NCBI GenBank assembly: GCA_013265495.1
Contig: MU058844.1
Coordinates: 5,310,344-5,374,343 of the forward strand
DNA length: 64,000 nucleotides
Direction: 5' to 3'
DNA from: Vicugna vicugna
Taxonomy: Eukaryota
The notes beneath the pieces were generated by a model. It saw nothing but the letters and a program-made list of their open reading frames with translations. It made no database searches and was not told the DNA's origin. Below are positions 1 to 14,050 of this stretch, piece after piece. Position numbers and translations under genes: made by a program. How positions within the stretch are numbered: the first letter of the stretch is position 1; every line of letters begins with the position of its first letter.

Positions 1-293
1 GCAGAGACAATTTTAACTTAGCCATTCCTAATTTATCTCAAGCATATTCAATTCATCTTCACTGCTCTATGCACACAGGAACACCAGATTGCCGTCCCTG
101 GGGAACAGAATGCAACCGGGGATCTAGAGAGCTGTCACATTCCAAGAAATATTTAAATTGTGCTGATTTTCTTCTGGAGAACTGAGCCCAGGGAATGAAA
201 CTCTCCATCAAGTCAGAGCTTTGCGGGCAATAGATCAGAAGATATTGCCAGTTTTCTAATGGATTATTGTTATCGGGCAGGTTTTCTCTGAAG
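1..293 (+). other. PCDH15: Probable non-coding first (5' UTR) exon of a large gene, tentatively PCDH15; true 5' boundary may lie at or before the window start
   Basis: Repeat-free segment with several retained CpGs, ending in a 5' splice site AAG|gtacgt at 293/294. It holds only short closed ORFs and is followed by >63 kb with no convincing coding exon. The gene assignment rests on my recollection of the PCDH15 mRNA leader and its very long intron 1, and needs BLAST confirmation. Confidence 0.5.
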
Positions 294-2774
294 GTACGTA
301 GTCATTTTCTCAATTCATTACCCTCTTCTATTTATCAGGTAATGATCTAATGAGCTGGGGATCCAAACCTGTAAAAAAAGAGAAAGATGTTAAGTAGTTG
401 GTATTGACTGAAGAATGACATCTTATTACTGCATGTTTATAGGTGAATAATCTGATTCCTTTACTGAAGATTAGTAGGGTATAGTTTGAATTGCATTATC
501 AGCAAAAACAGGCAAAACCAAAACAAAACCGTGCTGCAGGCTGCATTATCATAAGTTCATATTAATTCTCTTGAGGATTTTCTTTTGTAGCTGCAATATA
601 TACTGAAGGGAAAAACAGATTTTGAAAACTCACTTAACCTTATATATGTTTTAATCTTTTTACATAATCATGATATTTTCTCCATACATTCCCAAATACA
701 AAACTTTGTCTCAAATGCTGTTATTAATTTTGGTGTCATTGATGTTTATGATATATGAATGTATGAATGACAAAAGTATTTAAAGAAACTCCAGTAGGAG
801 CCTGGCAGCTCTTTATTTTTGAGTTCGGAATAATCTTACTAAAATAAGTGGCTACAGTTTTAGTTAAATGTGCATACTATAAAGATGTACTGTTCAACTT
901 TGTTCTGTGACATGAAACCCTCCATACATCTATAGAACTACACGAAACTATTTAGCGAAGTAAAATGTTAAAAGCTGATAAACTTCTGAATGCTAACTGA
1001 ACCAACACAAATAGAGAAAGCCTTATCCTAAACTGGAATTTAGCTTATTATACCTATGATATATTAGAACAGGAAGAGGTGACTTCTGTGTGTATTTCCC
1101 AAAAGTTAAAGATGTGTTTCTAAGGGGATGTTCTGTGTCAGAGTGAGTAGGGGTGTGAGACAGAAACCAAGCACATTGCTAGTCACAATGAGTTTAGGAA
1201 AACTGAGGAAATATTTTAGAATGGGATATTGGGGCTTTAGATGCTTCTCAGTGTTTTATTATTGTGTAAATAGACTCAGTAAAACCTACTGTGGTACTGG
1301 TATTTTTCCATGTCAAAAATGACTGTTAGGATAGGTAGAGTAGCCAGTACGTGTGACCTGGAGCGTGGTGTACCTGCTGCTGTATTTGGCCTGGAACACA
1401 GACTTGTGGAACCATTAATGGGTTAATCACAGGCTCAGGAGAGGAAATGGTGGCTGAGCTTCACAAGAGCACTTGTTAAATGTGTTCTAATTTCTTTAGA
1501 GTATTTGAGAGACTATTAGAAGAATAAAGGAGATGGAGAAGAAAGACTGAGTACCCAAACAGTAACTTAAAGTGCATTCTCTCTTATCCTCAGAGGGATT
1601 GTAAAAGGCAAAAAAATGGAAGAGAGGAAGGAGAATAGAGTCCTCAAAGAGTCCTTTAAGTGCTGCTTTTTTCATGAATCTTACAAGAACTGAGGAGCAG
1701 GAGTTTAAAATCAAGGTTTCCCTATGGATTCCTCCATTTCACATGCTTTTTCTCTCCTTCATAGAACATTTTCCCTCCACTCACTTAACAACAACAACAA
1801 AAAAAGTCAGCTTGCTCACAGCCTTTCTCCCCAATAACTTGTAGCTCTAATTTAAATCTACAGAAGTGTGCTCTCTGAAACTGTATTCACTCCTGAGAGT
1901 CTGAGTTTTACAGTCCAGTGACTTATGAATGCCAAAGGATAAAGTGATTTAACATCTTTCATCTTTTTTTTTTTAAATTATTATCACAACTGGCTCTTCT
2001 GAAAGTCTCAACCTATGTACAAAAAAGGGCACAAATAGTAAAAAAAAAAAAAAAAGGGAATAACTTCAGGGAACATATTTTATATTCTTTCAGAATAAGA
2101 TAATACCAATAGATAATGAAACATTCACTTCATGTTTAGGCATGGGGAAGAATTGACAGTAGCTTAGAAATCAATCCTTTAATTTACATTTTGGTTTTAG
2201 ATGAATATAACAAATATGAAAATCAGGAGGTGCCGTTTCACTTGTCAAATTGTAATAAAAATTTTTATTGCTGTAACCTCCTATTAACTTTTTCTACCAC
2301 AATCATGTTAGTGTCTCTTGCCTCCTTGAAGGGTGAATTCACTTACCCTGCTATCTAAATCTACTCAGCTTTCAAGTCAGGTGCTAAAACATGCTTTACT
2401 TCATCTTACGGTGAGTTCCATTGCAAAATATATTACTATAATTTCATTTTATTGGTTGCTGTTAAATATTTAATGTTTATTGAGTGCCCATGATATGTTT
2501 GATGCTTAAAAGCAATATGTAGGAAGAAAATACATAATGATATTTCTCCCAAATCAGCCAGTTTATTAATATTTCAAGATTCCTAATTGGTGCCCACAGA
2601 GGAAGACAATTAAGGCTGACTCTTTAGTGGTTACTTACGTGCATGTAAGGCACGAAAAGTCCTATATGCAGTCAATAAATTGCATTCAACTTTACTGAGG
2701 ATCCCAGACTAATCATCTAGTTATTTTCAGATTCTCCCTTAACTCTGTTTCAGATGTCTAACTGCCATTATAGA

Positions 2775-2980
2775 CAGAGCATTGGATTGGGAGTAAGACA
2801 AACTGGGTTTAAACCTGTTAAGTAAGTGTGTGTAGGCTCATTATCTCCTCTATACCTCTATCCCATCAGTGCTATAATGGCCGTAACAGTGTCTACTTTT
2901 CAGATCCTTGTGGATAGTAGAGAGCGTGCATATTAAGTAACAAACATATAGTTTGTGTGCGTAATATGCTCAATAAACAG
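2775..2980 (+). mobile_element. MIR SINE (degenerate)
   Basis: MIR-like 5' part 'agcattggattgggagtaagacaaactgggtttaaacc' and 3' end 'aatatgctcaataaa'. Confidence 0.55.
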
Positions 2981-4328
2981 TACCTGTTTTGAACACATTT
3001 TACCATAGTTTCATATACAGAATGTTCCATTTCAAGTCACCCTTACTCTTTCTTCAACAATGTATGTGTGTCAGTGTGTGTACATGTGTAAGATCATAGA
3101 TCCATTTGTTTAACAGTTCTAGTAATAAAAATTATGTATTGAGTATGTAATTATTGCTTAGCACTAAAATACTCTATAGAAGTTCTAAAGCATTACCCGT
3201 GCATAGATAAACTTGCAATTTAAGATTAGTTTGAGAAAAATTAGTTGGCATATTTCCCATGGATTTCAAATAGCTAAATTATCAACTATAACTTACCAGG
3301 GAAAGCAGATAGAACTATAACTCATGTTCCCACTTTTTCCTTCTCCCAAAGGATATGGAAATAGAAGAAAAAACAGTAATTCCTCTTGCTCATTATAATG
3401 TGCTTAGTGCCCCTTTCATTTGCATTTCATTTTGCTACAGTGACTTGTATAGGGAGATGGCCTCAAATTCCAACTGCATGGAGTAGTTCAAACATACAAA
3501 TCCACCCCTCAAGTAACAAAACAAATATATGGAAACTTTTATTAAAATAAAAGACAGCTTTTGCTTTGAAAAAATGCTAAACATTTTTTTAATGAGAATG
3601 AAACTGTCAAATGCGAATGTTAAATCCAACCAGATGTTGACCTTAACTGTGAGTTTGAATCTTTACAAAAATAGTATGCAAATCCAAGCCAGAAGCTGCT
3701 TTCTTTAGGTGACAAGACTGCTGAAATATCCTGAGTCTGAATTTCTCAGCTATATTTCATATTGATTTAAGCATATACAGAAAACCTGCTTGAACGTTAC
3801 GAGTAATATGGGAGAGAAATTAAGCATAACACAACTTGGTCTTATGTACCGTTGTATTGGAATATATAGTTGTAAAAAAGTCCTCTTTATAAAAGGGAAC
3901 CACCAAGTAATTATTTTGAAAGTGGGTCACAGGAAAGTATCTAGCACATTCTAACAAGATCAAAATGCGGGCACAAAAGCAAGTACCTGATGAAAGGGCA
4001 TTTTTTTTTCCCCTTGTCAGTGTCTATTGTCAGTGCTAATCCTGTTTGAAGTATGAGTTTGCCCACTCACCAATAAGCAGAAGATTTGGGTATCTAACTT
4101 CATTTTCCAAAAGATCTTTGAAGTTCTTGATCTACTGTTTTTGATTCCCAGCTTTGGATATTTTGGCCCAGTACTTAAGGAGATTGGACTCTATATTCTA
4201 ATTCCAAATCAGTTTTCTGATTTGTACAAGTGTATGTGGAGGTGTAATAATAATATTCATATGGTGATGTGGAATGAATATCAAAATATTGTGGAATAGT
4301 ATAACCGGGACTTGTTCACATAAAAATA

Positions 4329-4563
4329 CAGTTGACCCTTCAACAACACAGGTTTGAACTGCACAAACCCACTTGTATGCAGATTGTTTTCAATAATAAG
4401 TGCTACAGTACTACATGATCTGTGGTTGGTTGAATCAAAGGATGTGGAACTCAGCATATAGAGAAACCTTCCTCCATCTATTTGGAACGTTGACTATAAG
4501 TTGTCTGCAGATTTTCTTGGAGGGCTGGTACTCCTAGCCCCCAAGTTATTCAAAGGCCAACTA
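4329..4563 (+). mobile_element. Tigger2-derived MITE (TcMar-Tigger; Tigger2a_Art-like)
   Basis: Left TIR CAGTTGACCCTTCAACAAC preceded by TA; degenerate right TIR 'gttattcaaaggccaacta'; collinear with the copy at 32916. Confidence 0.85.
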
Positions 4564-4984
4564 CACTAAAAATAGTAGAGTATTATTGTTTCTCTCATGA
4601 CATCACTGTCTCAGGCCCACCCATGATACTGGGTTTTCTGTTATTCAGTTTAATTCCCACACCCCCTTTGAGGGTCCCAGATTTGTGCTCACCTACATTA
4701 TTCTTCTATCCATGGTTTCCTCCAGATAAATATTCTTTACTAAGCTCTGCCCCTTGGACCTAACCTTAAACAGCCTAGCCACAATCCACTGAGGTGTTTT
4801 TTTTCCCTCAGCAAGTTCTTCACAGGAAAATAGGTATGTTTAAGCTTAATGAGTCTCTCCTTACATCTGTTGTGTACCAACAAACAAACAGTAAAGGAGA
4901 CACAAAGAAAGTACTGGAGTACCTGTGGCAGATAAAACCTCCTCAGGCTTCTAGAACAGAGGCTTTCTTCTATGAATGGCCAAT

Positions 4985-5366
4985 CCATGAAACTGAATTG
5001 CCTCTCCCTAAAATTCATTTGCTGAAGTCCTAACTCCTAGTACCTTAGAATGTGACTATATTTGAAGACAGGCTTTTTAGAGAAATACTTAGTTACAATG
5101 AGATCATGAGGGTAAGTCCTAATCCAGTATGACTGCTGTCCTTATAAGAAGAGGCTATTTGAACACAGATATGTACAAAGGGAGAAGCATGTAAAGACAT
5201 TAGAGAAAGACAGCCATCTAAAAGCCAAGGAGAGAGGCCCCCGAAGAAACCAGCCTGCCTGACACCTCGGTCTCAACTTGTAACTCCCAGAATTGTGAGG
5301 GAAAAAATAATGTTCCGTAAGCCACACAGTCCGTGGCACTTTGTTACGGCAGCCCTAGTAAACATT
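4985..5366 (+). mobile_element. MaLR solo LTR (MLT1B-like)
   Basis: MLT1 motifs 'aaaattcatttgctgaagtcctaactcc', 'cctaatccagtatgactgctgtccttataagaagagg' and 'ctttgttacggcagccctag'. Confidence 0.85.
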
Positions 5367-5787
5367 TTAGATTTGTGGATCCCAGGAGTCTTCTGTCACA
5401 TGTTCTTCCTCCACCTCTCCTTCTTCACATTCATCCTTTAGAAAATGCAAAACAAAACAAAACAGCAACAAAAAATAAACGGATACTCTTAAGGGCCATA
5501 TTTGTCCATAAGCGTGGTTTCCCAACCCTTGTTCTGGAACATAAAAGGTCTTTAAAAGCCTTCTAAAGTTTGGGCAAATGATAATCCTACACTTCTGTGT
5601 TCTTGCACAAGATAGCCTACCTTATGGATGATACCACTGACTTTTCACCTAAAAATAGAACTTGACCATTTTCTTCTGTTAAAATTCTTCCAAATACCTC
5701 AATTTAATGTGTTTTGATTATTTTACATGCCCTCTTAAAGGATCTTTTAAAATTTTAGTGTTAGAACAGCATCTGAAAAAAATATAT

Positions 5788-6046
5788 AATAATAATAGCA
5801 GTTTGCACTTGCTGAGTACATTCTGTGGACTAAAGTTATTCTGAACACTTAACATGCATTTTCTTATGTTAATCCTGCCAGCAACTGTACAAGTTGCTGC
5901 TGTTATAATCATTTTACTGATACGAAGATTGGGGTATAGAGAGATGAAGTAACTGCTCATGATTTTTCAGTGTAAATAACTTACATGAATTGTGAAAGTT
6001 TGAATATAGATTCTTTGAGAGTCGGGCATTTAACCACTCTACCATA
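5788..6046 (-). mobile_element. MIR SINE
   Basis: Reverse MIR core 'cattttactgatacgaagattggggtatagagagatgaagtaactgctca' and 'ttaaccactctacc'. Confidence 0.65.
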
Positions 6047-7679
6047 ATGGCTCTCAGATCATGGCAGTTTTATGTTTACTGTAGGAACAGCTGTGAAAAT
6101 GTCAAAAAGTACGTATCAGGTAACAGTTCTGGTGAAATTAAGGGGAAATGGTACAGTGCTTATTTTAATCCTACACTTTTATGTAAATGAAGGAGGTATG
6201 GTTTTTTTAAGTTAATATGTAATTTCTGTTTGTCTTATGGAGGATATGATCTATCTCTTTAGGACTTTTTTTCTTCTTAAAAATATCATACAGTGAAAGA
6301 GTATTGATAAAGAAAGTAATTCTATCATAGAAAACAAAATGAACAAAATGGTACAAGTTTGAACCTCATAGGAATTTCATATTTAATTTTGCATGTAAAT
6401 ATGTTAATATTTAATTTAGTAATTCATATTATATGGGGAAATCCATGAAAAACAAAACTGACAACTAGATATAAATACTCTATTATCTCTAGTCATTTTA
6501 ACAATGTCAACAGGTAGTAGATTTGAATGTGTTTGAACAAGGACCTGTCTGAGTGAACACTTTGCCAGGTGGCACTTCTGTTTTAATTTTAAGAAGCATA
6601 TGTTGTGTACTGTTTGAATATCTAGGTTGTCCTTTTTAATTTCATCAATACATCTGATACGCCTTCAGTATTTGTGTAGAACTGAATCATATTTTCTAGC
6701 CAAATTTGAATTGGTAGAACATCTTTGAAAAGAAAAATAGGCCAGCACTCCCATGTGATGTTAAGTACAGTTGACCTACTTCATAAATTATTCTTCTATC
6801 ACCTCATTTACATGCAGAATCCTTATAATATTGTCAAGTGTTTATATGTCTAATAAGGAAATACAATCAACATAAAGTGTAAAGCTGTCAATCACCTGCC
6901 AACATTGATCAGTGTAAATAATCAGTCTTAATTGTTCTAGCTTTTAATTATAATTTCTAGTAACTAAATGTATATGCCTGTGTGTATGATGAATCTTAAT
7001 AAAACAGTGTAATTGTTTAGGAAATTATTGTAATAAACCCTGTTATTTTAGGCTCTGGTAGGTTGCCGGACACGTAGACCAAAACCAAAGTAAAATTTCT
7101 TTGCCTATTTTCATTGGAATTGGGGGACAACTGTGGTGTTCTGTTTTTTGGAATTACTCTGGGCTCTGAAATACACAGAAATTAGAGCATTAATCCAACT
7201 TCGGGTTATCTCACAGCTCTCTTCCACCCTTCTTTTACTTAGCGTTACTCCTCACGAAATGACTGAGGTGTTAGAAAATGTTCTACCAGGGATTTTTTTT
7301 TTTCTCCTTTGGATTATCTTTGTGAAGATCTAGGAAAAGGAAAATCTTTAGGATAATTGGTAGAATTTACAGGAAGAAATGACGTTTAGCATTGAAGAGA
7401 AAATGATTATTTCTAGATTGTCAGTTGAAGTAGGGGTGGGCAAGATCTTGAGAATAATCCTGGGAACTGGGCTATCCATCCCAAAATAATTCTCTGAAGT
7501 GTTTAAGTTATTATGTATTCTCCTTTGACTCTGAGAACAGTTGTATTTGTTACTAGCTTCAAGTCTGGTTTTCATTTTTTGACCCCTTACAGCTGTCTTC
7601 AAACCTTTGACAAACACTCACATAGACCACAGCATAGAGTATAGACTAAATCAACACTAAAGGAAAAATCTTAATCTAC

Positions 7680-8054
7680 ATATATGTGTACATAAACAGA
7701 TAAAATCATGGATAGGCAGACATGTATCTGCAGACTAATATATATACAGCCCAACAGATATGCAAACAGGGACAGGCTGGCAAAGACTGGGAGACAGATT
7801 GCCAGATAGGAACTGGCAATGGGATAGGGGTGATAGACCAATATACAGGGATAGACAAACTGACAGCCAGCCGGAAACATACCACCGAGAGATATGGATG
7901 AATAGACAGATAAGCACAGACAGACAGACACAGACACAGAGATACTGAACAGACAAGGAAGAGACTGAGGCTCGGACCCATACTCTGACATGGATGGCAG
8001 GTCTGGTCACTAAAAGGAATAGATATAAACATAGATGTATGTGTATACACACAC
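7680..8054. repeat. Highly degenerate GACA/GATA-type low-complexity repeat
   Basis: Recurrent 'agac/acag/atag' units, purest at 7900-7945; explains the overlapping Ser/Val/Cys/Leu-rich ORFs in the track. Confidence 0.6.
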
Positions 8055-9100
8055 TTTACAACTACACACTATACACTAGAATTATCTTCTACATCCATGA
8101 AGCAAAATGCAGTAATAATTTGGTCACTTAAGGATCTTTCTAAAGTATATTCACCTATGTGTTTTTCCCCACTACACAGATGCAGTATAAAGAACCATAG
8201 ATAAGTATGTAAACATGCTTTGTCATTCCCTTTACCTAGTACTTCTGTCTTTGGTAAGAGAAACAAATAAAAATAGTCGAGTTATTGTGAGGTTGCTGTT
8301 GAAATGTCACCTTAAGCTCTTTTCAAACTGTAATATAGGAGACGAGTCAGAACTCAGACAAGAAAATGATCAATTTTCTTTTTCCAGGAGAAGCAACAAC
8401 AATTATAAACCAAACAAAAGAACAAAACATTTGTGCTTCGAAAGCATTATCAATGTCAAAACAGTTACTGCAGCCTCAGTCTTTTGCTGTGGGTCACTGA
8501 AATTCCTTCTAAGTTATAAAAGCACTTGATAATTTTTGCTGCCATAAAATGAGAAAAGCAAGAGGAAAACATAATGGTTTTGTGATTGGATGGAATTTTA
8601 ACAACTTGAATGGATAAATATCAAACTTCTAGTCATGTAGAAAGTTTTGATTGTTGCACTATATTTAACTGTTGATTTACTTGAAATAGACTCAGTCCTT
8701 CAAAATGTTTTAAAATTTGTAGGAATGTTTAAAGAATGACAAAGTCTGGTAGTTATTGAGAAGCTGCTGTTAGAGGTTTGGAAGGATATACAGACTATAA
8801 TTAAATGTTTTGTCAGATTATTATCATCAGGTAAGTACTTTGCATGTAGTATATTGCTGGCACTTGTAACCACCCTCTATTTTCAGTGGTAGGTGGGCAT
8901 AATCAACCAGTCCAAAACTTTAAACAATCTTTCATATTATTTTACAGCTACTATTGTCAATCACATCTGGTACTTTTACAAATTAATACAAACGAAACAG
9001 AGATTTGTGTTTTCCTATGAGGTTATTTTTTTGAGGGGAGGGTATTTTCCTTTTTATTTTGACCTTTGAAAAGCATATATGGTTATATAATAAGCCCTCC

Positions 9101-9525
9101 TTTTAAACAACTTTATTGAGGCATAATTTATATACCATAAATCCATCAGTTTTACATGTCTAGTTCGACTACTTTTAGCACGTTTACTGTTTGTGCAACT
9201 ATCACCACGATCCAGTTTTAGAACGTTTTCATCACCATAAGGAGACATCTTGTGTCTGCTTAGAATCACTCTCATTTCTCACCCCAACCCAAGACAAAGT
9301 CTAATCCACTTTCTGTCTCTATATATTTGCTTTTTCTGGACATTTCATTTAAATGGACTCAGGCAGTATGTAGTCATGTATGTCTGGCTTCTTTCACTTA
9401 GCACATTGTTTTTGAGGCCAATCCATGTTGCAATGCCTTTTAGTTGCCAAATAGTATCTCATTCTTTGGACATACCAAATTCCGTTTGTCTGTTAACCAG
9501 TCAATGGACATATGGATTATTTCTG
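9101..9525 (-). mobile_element. L1 3' end (L1MB-like), 5' truncated
   Basis: 'actttattgaggcataatttatataccata...gtgcaactatcaccac...tctggcttctttcacttagcaca', typical of an antisense L1MB 3' UTR. Confidence 0.85.
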
Positions 9526-11889
9526 AGTATACTTTTTATAATTATTCACTAAAAGAGTGAAGATTTTTTATTTTTTCTAGATTCTCTATTTATAGCATGA
9601 ATGTGTGCTTGGAAACTTAATGTTTCAATTAATTAATGTTGAGGTTTGCAGGACTTCTTTTTGAAAAACTATAAATGAAGCAAAGCTGACTAATCAAAAA
9701 ATGCTTGTATGTAGAAATATATTAAGGTGATGCATAACAATATATTCTAACCTGGTAAGTGAGGTTACTTGTTTTAAATATAAATAACCATATTTACTTG
9801 CTTTATATGTAAAATGCATCTCAAAAAAAACAATATACAAATACAAATACACAGACTAGTAAATTTTATTATTTTGCTTGCTGGATTCTCGTTTTGGATA
9901 GAAAAAAAAGCTCTTGTAAAAGTTTTAATGTTTTCTGATTAAATAAACTATTATAGAAATGTAAAATGTACAGATAATTAGATTCGTTGAACTTTTTTGT
10001 TTGAAACAGACTTTCCATTTAAAATGAACTTTTTTCTATTTCTAGAATTTTTTAATGCTTAATCTTAACTACTACCATGAATTACTACGTGAGAATTGTT
10101 TAAGATTTGATATTCAGAGTTAGCTGATTTAATGAAAACATTTTAGGTAACAATTTCCAAATCATATGGATGACTGAGGTCACCTATGGGTTAGCCTGAT
10201 ATCTCTAAGGCTCCTGTCATCTTCTAAATTTACCAATGTCCCAGGCAGCTTGCAAACCTTTCTAGAAGACTTAGACTTCATGATGATATTTCACCTTCAC
10301 TTATTTGTGATTAATTGGCATAGGACCCTGTCTTTATTCATAATTTTTTTATTTTGAAATAGGTAACTTGGATATGAAGCAAAATTCATTTGACTTTTAA
10401 ATCGATTTTATTTCTGCAAAACACAGTGAATCAGAAAACCAAAAATATAGTTTACTGTAACACTTTCTATTAGTTTAAGTGTGCAAAATGCACATTCTTT
10501 CCAAGATACTTTTCTTTTGTTCATCTGTTAAGTATACACTTCTCTAAGTTTTATTGCTTGCCTTCCTTTCAATTTTTATCTTATATTTGCTCAGACTGGG
10601 TGGTTTCATCCATTGCTATACTTCAGTTCCATATAAGACTAATAGAACTCTCATCATGACTTTTTTCCTTTTATTCTGACCTTGTAATTTAGTGTTCAGT
10701 TTCTAATAAAAATTTTTGTTTGTGAAAAAACACTATAAATATTTATTCCAGAAAATATAAAGAAAAATAGTGCCTATATCAGTTAAGAGAATATAAATAT
10801 TTTTCTGTTTTATAAGCTTTTGGACTATAATTATGATTGCACCAGAAACACAGATTTTGGATCTAATTCCAATGTTTTGTCTATCATCATTAGTCTCGTG
10901 GATGCTATAAAACCAACCTAGTCTCTTTCTGCTACTAACATGGCCCAATTTTGGTTCAGTTGAAATTATTTTGGAAATGGATCTCATACTAAAGCAGTTT
11001 TCCATTAAATAAAAATAAATGGTATCTTTTAATTTATTAACATGAAATATTTTTATTTTAATTCTATAAATTATATTGTTCAGTTTTACCACCTATTACA
11101 ATTTGAACTGCTTTTCTAAAGTAAGTACCATATTCTGTCAGTTATAGAAATATAGAGAATTAGTAGCAGAGATAAGTAAAGAATTTCTTTGTTTGGCTTT
11201 GGAATTTGTCTTTTTGAACTGAAATAGTAATTTTATTGTGCTTTATATTTTAGAAAAAAAACATTGACTAAAATTATAAAATTACAAAGTTAACATTATG
11301 CTTGAAATCTGGTGGAACATCCCCCATACCCACTCTGTCTCAATTTAACTCAGTTGCTGATTTTCAGAAACAATCTAGAAAGGTTGTCACACACCATCCT
11401 AAGAAGCCACACAAACTATCTCATTCTGATTCATGCACATGCCCACTACCCAGAAAGCACTATTTCTGTGGGATTATTTTCTTGATGACCCTTATATATC
11501 CGTGGATAAAAAAATGTAATGAACTTTTTTGGGTAAAAAGACATTTTCTGATAGCTTTTACACTGCAGGCATCATTTAAATAAAAAGTATTGTGATGACA
11601 TTGAAGGCATGGTTATATCAAGAAAACTTTGAGTATAAATTTTTAAATTGCACTGAGTAAATAACTTAAATTACCACATGTGCAAAACAGGACTGACACA
11701 GAGTAGAATTTTGAGGTTCTTCAACACAGCCATCTTTTTTTTTAACAGATCTTGCCCTGAATCTCACCAAATTAACATGGGATAATTATGACCTTGTGTA
11801 GTTTACTACAATAATAGTTTCTCTTCTCCTAAAATCTAGAGTAGGGTTATAGAAATTCTGATCAATCATAATTTGGTGCCCAAACTGAG

Positions 11890-12175
11890 TAGTCAAGTAC
11901 AGCAGGAATTTGGCAGCCATTGGGTGGCTGTGTGCAAATGGGACGAACAAGGCAGTCTGCAGAGAGCAGTATGGTAGAATGAAGCACAGGGAAGTGGAGA
12001 TGAAACACCCAGTAGTCACAGAGCTGGAAGGAAGACATAGTGATCATCTGAAGAGCTTTTCTGGGTCCTGGCTGAATTCACTCTCTGCTCTTAGATTCTG
12101 GGAACCATCAAGTACCCCTGTGTCATTCCAATTGACTTGAAGTAGGCTCTTAGCACTATTGCCAATCACACTAAC
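11890..12175 (+). mobile_element. Old ERVL-class LTR fragment (LTR16/LTR33-like)
   Basis: 'ggcagccatt...gtctgcagagagcag...gaatgaagc...' organisation resembles old ERVL LTRs; subfamily uncertain. Confidence 0.4.
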
Positions 12176-12799
12176 CTCCTCATTACTGCAATATATTGCT
12201 CTCTCAGAAAATTATTTCAATAGTTTTTTTTCCCCTTAAACCTGTAACAACTCTCATTTTCTTCTTTCTTGTTTTAATCAGAAGATTTTTCATCTCCTCT
12301 TCAAGAGGCAGGATAGTATCACAATACAGGATGCTCAGAAAGAGCCTTGTCTCTGAAGCCAGTGATGATGTGTTTGAGACTCAGCTCCATTTATTAAAGT
12401 GATATATGATTTATATCTTTAAGTATTCTGTGCTCCCTTGATATGTTAAGAATCCAGAGAGGTGAATTTAAATATTCTCTATTAATGTGTTTCTTTTTCT
12501 CCCTGTATTCCCTATAGAATCCTTTCTGCATTTTGAAGCACTTGTTTGATATGTAGATGCTCTTAACTATTTTATCCACAGTGTTACTTGTACCCTTTAA
12601 TGTTGTAAAGAGCCCTGATTTGTTGCTGAATTCACCCTCGTTTGTTACTGATATAGTGGACTCTGCTTCTTTATGTTTGAATTGCCTATGTCTCTGCACA
12701 TTAGAAAAAAATCTTTATGAATTACTTTGTTTCACATTTATATCTCCTATACAGCAGAGAATTAGGATACTTTTAAATCTAGTATGAAAATCTTTCTCT

Positions 12800-14050
12800 T
12801 TTAAAAATTTAGTTTAGCCAATTTAAATGTAATGATTTGAGAAATATTTGAGTTCTGTCTTTTGGTGCAAACTGTTATCAGAAAGGTGAGGAATGAGCAT
12901 ACTTCCTGCTTCTTTACACTCTTTTCTCCAGTGATGTTGTGTATGTCATTAAGGCACACAACACATACATTCTGTTCTTAACCCCAAATCTCACATTTGT
13001 TTTAATCTTATATCTATGGATGAATGTGTAAAATACCTCTACATTACTTAAATCCCCAGAGGTTTTTCTAATAGACTTGATTGACTGATTAGAACTTGGA
13101 TCAAAAACTGTTCATAGAAATATTTCTTGTATATTCAAAATATATTGCTTTTGTTCTTGAAAGATTATTTGACTCAGTATATACAACTCCTTGAATCATA
13201 GTTCCTTTCCTTGAATATTTTTATTTTTACACTTTGTTTTCACAGTGAAGACTTTTCAGAAGAATTCTGAGATTAGCCATTTTTTCCTCTTAATCTCAAT
13301 ATAAAGTTTTTTTTTTGCCTAATTTTCTATAGCCCCATTTTTATAGGATTTCATGTTTGATGTCAGGTAATTTTCATAGGGTACAGTTTAGTGTTGACAA
13401 TTTGGGATGATTTCCTGGGATATAAAATCCTCTTTTCAATATGCACTTTCAAGCCCTCTTTTGCATTATTTATTAGCTTTGTCCATTGTTTCTATTTTTT
13501 TCAATAGATATCCACTTACACAAATATCGGCTCTCTTTATGTCTTCACATCTACTCTTTTCTCTCTAATCCTTGTTAAGCCTTCAAAAATTTACATTTCT
13601 TTTGCTTATTTTCTATTCTCAATATTCTTTTTGATTTTCTCTGTATTAATCTTTTATATCTATTATTTTTCAATAATCCTTTTTAACTCTCTTTTTACAA
13701 ACTTTGTTTATTTTTACCCATTTTCTATTCTGCATATCCCTTTTGATTTATTTATCATTTCAACTCTTTTTCTAAACCTTACCAGATAAATTGCACCTCT
13801 TTTATTGTCTTAACATTTCTTCCTTGAGATAGTAGAATTTTGATTTGTATTAATGTCCGTAGATGGAATTGACTGTTAGTTTTCATGTTTCATGGAAAAT
13901 ATTTAATAATCTACTCTAATGCAGTTATTTCATAGGGTAGTTTATCTGTCATTTTTCTCTTGTTCTCATCTTCTAGTTTTTCTTACTTTTTTTGAAACTC
14001 ATTCTTTTGTTATACTTACATTGTTCAGGCTTTAGTCATTTTCCCAAATC
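12800..14050 (-). mobile_element. Ancient L1 (L1ME-like) body fragment
   Basis: Long, strongly T-biased tract with antisense L1-like phrases; highly diverged. Confidence 0.4.

Noticed and set aside
6085..6119. Micro-exon candidate with ATG (tag|GAACAGCTGTGAAAATGTCAAAAA|gtacgt)
   Set aside because: Weak acceptor, two alternative donors and no independent support.
7671..8052. Three overlapping >100-aa minus-strand ORFs
   Set aside because: Stop-codon depletion caused by a low-complexity GACA/GATA tract.
10733..11092. 119-aa minus-strand ORF
   Set aside because: AT-rich composition, non-ATG start, no recognisable domain or splice context.
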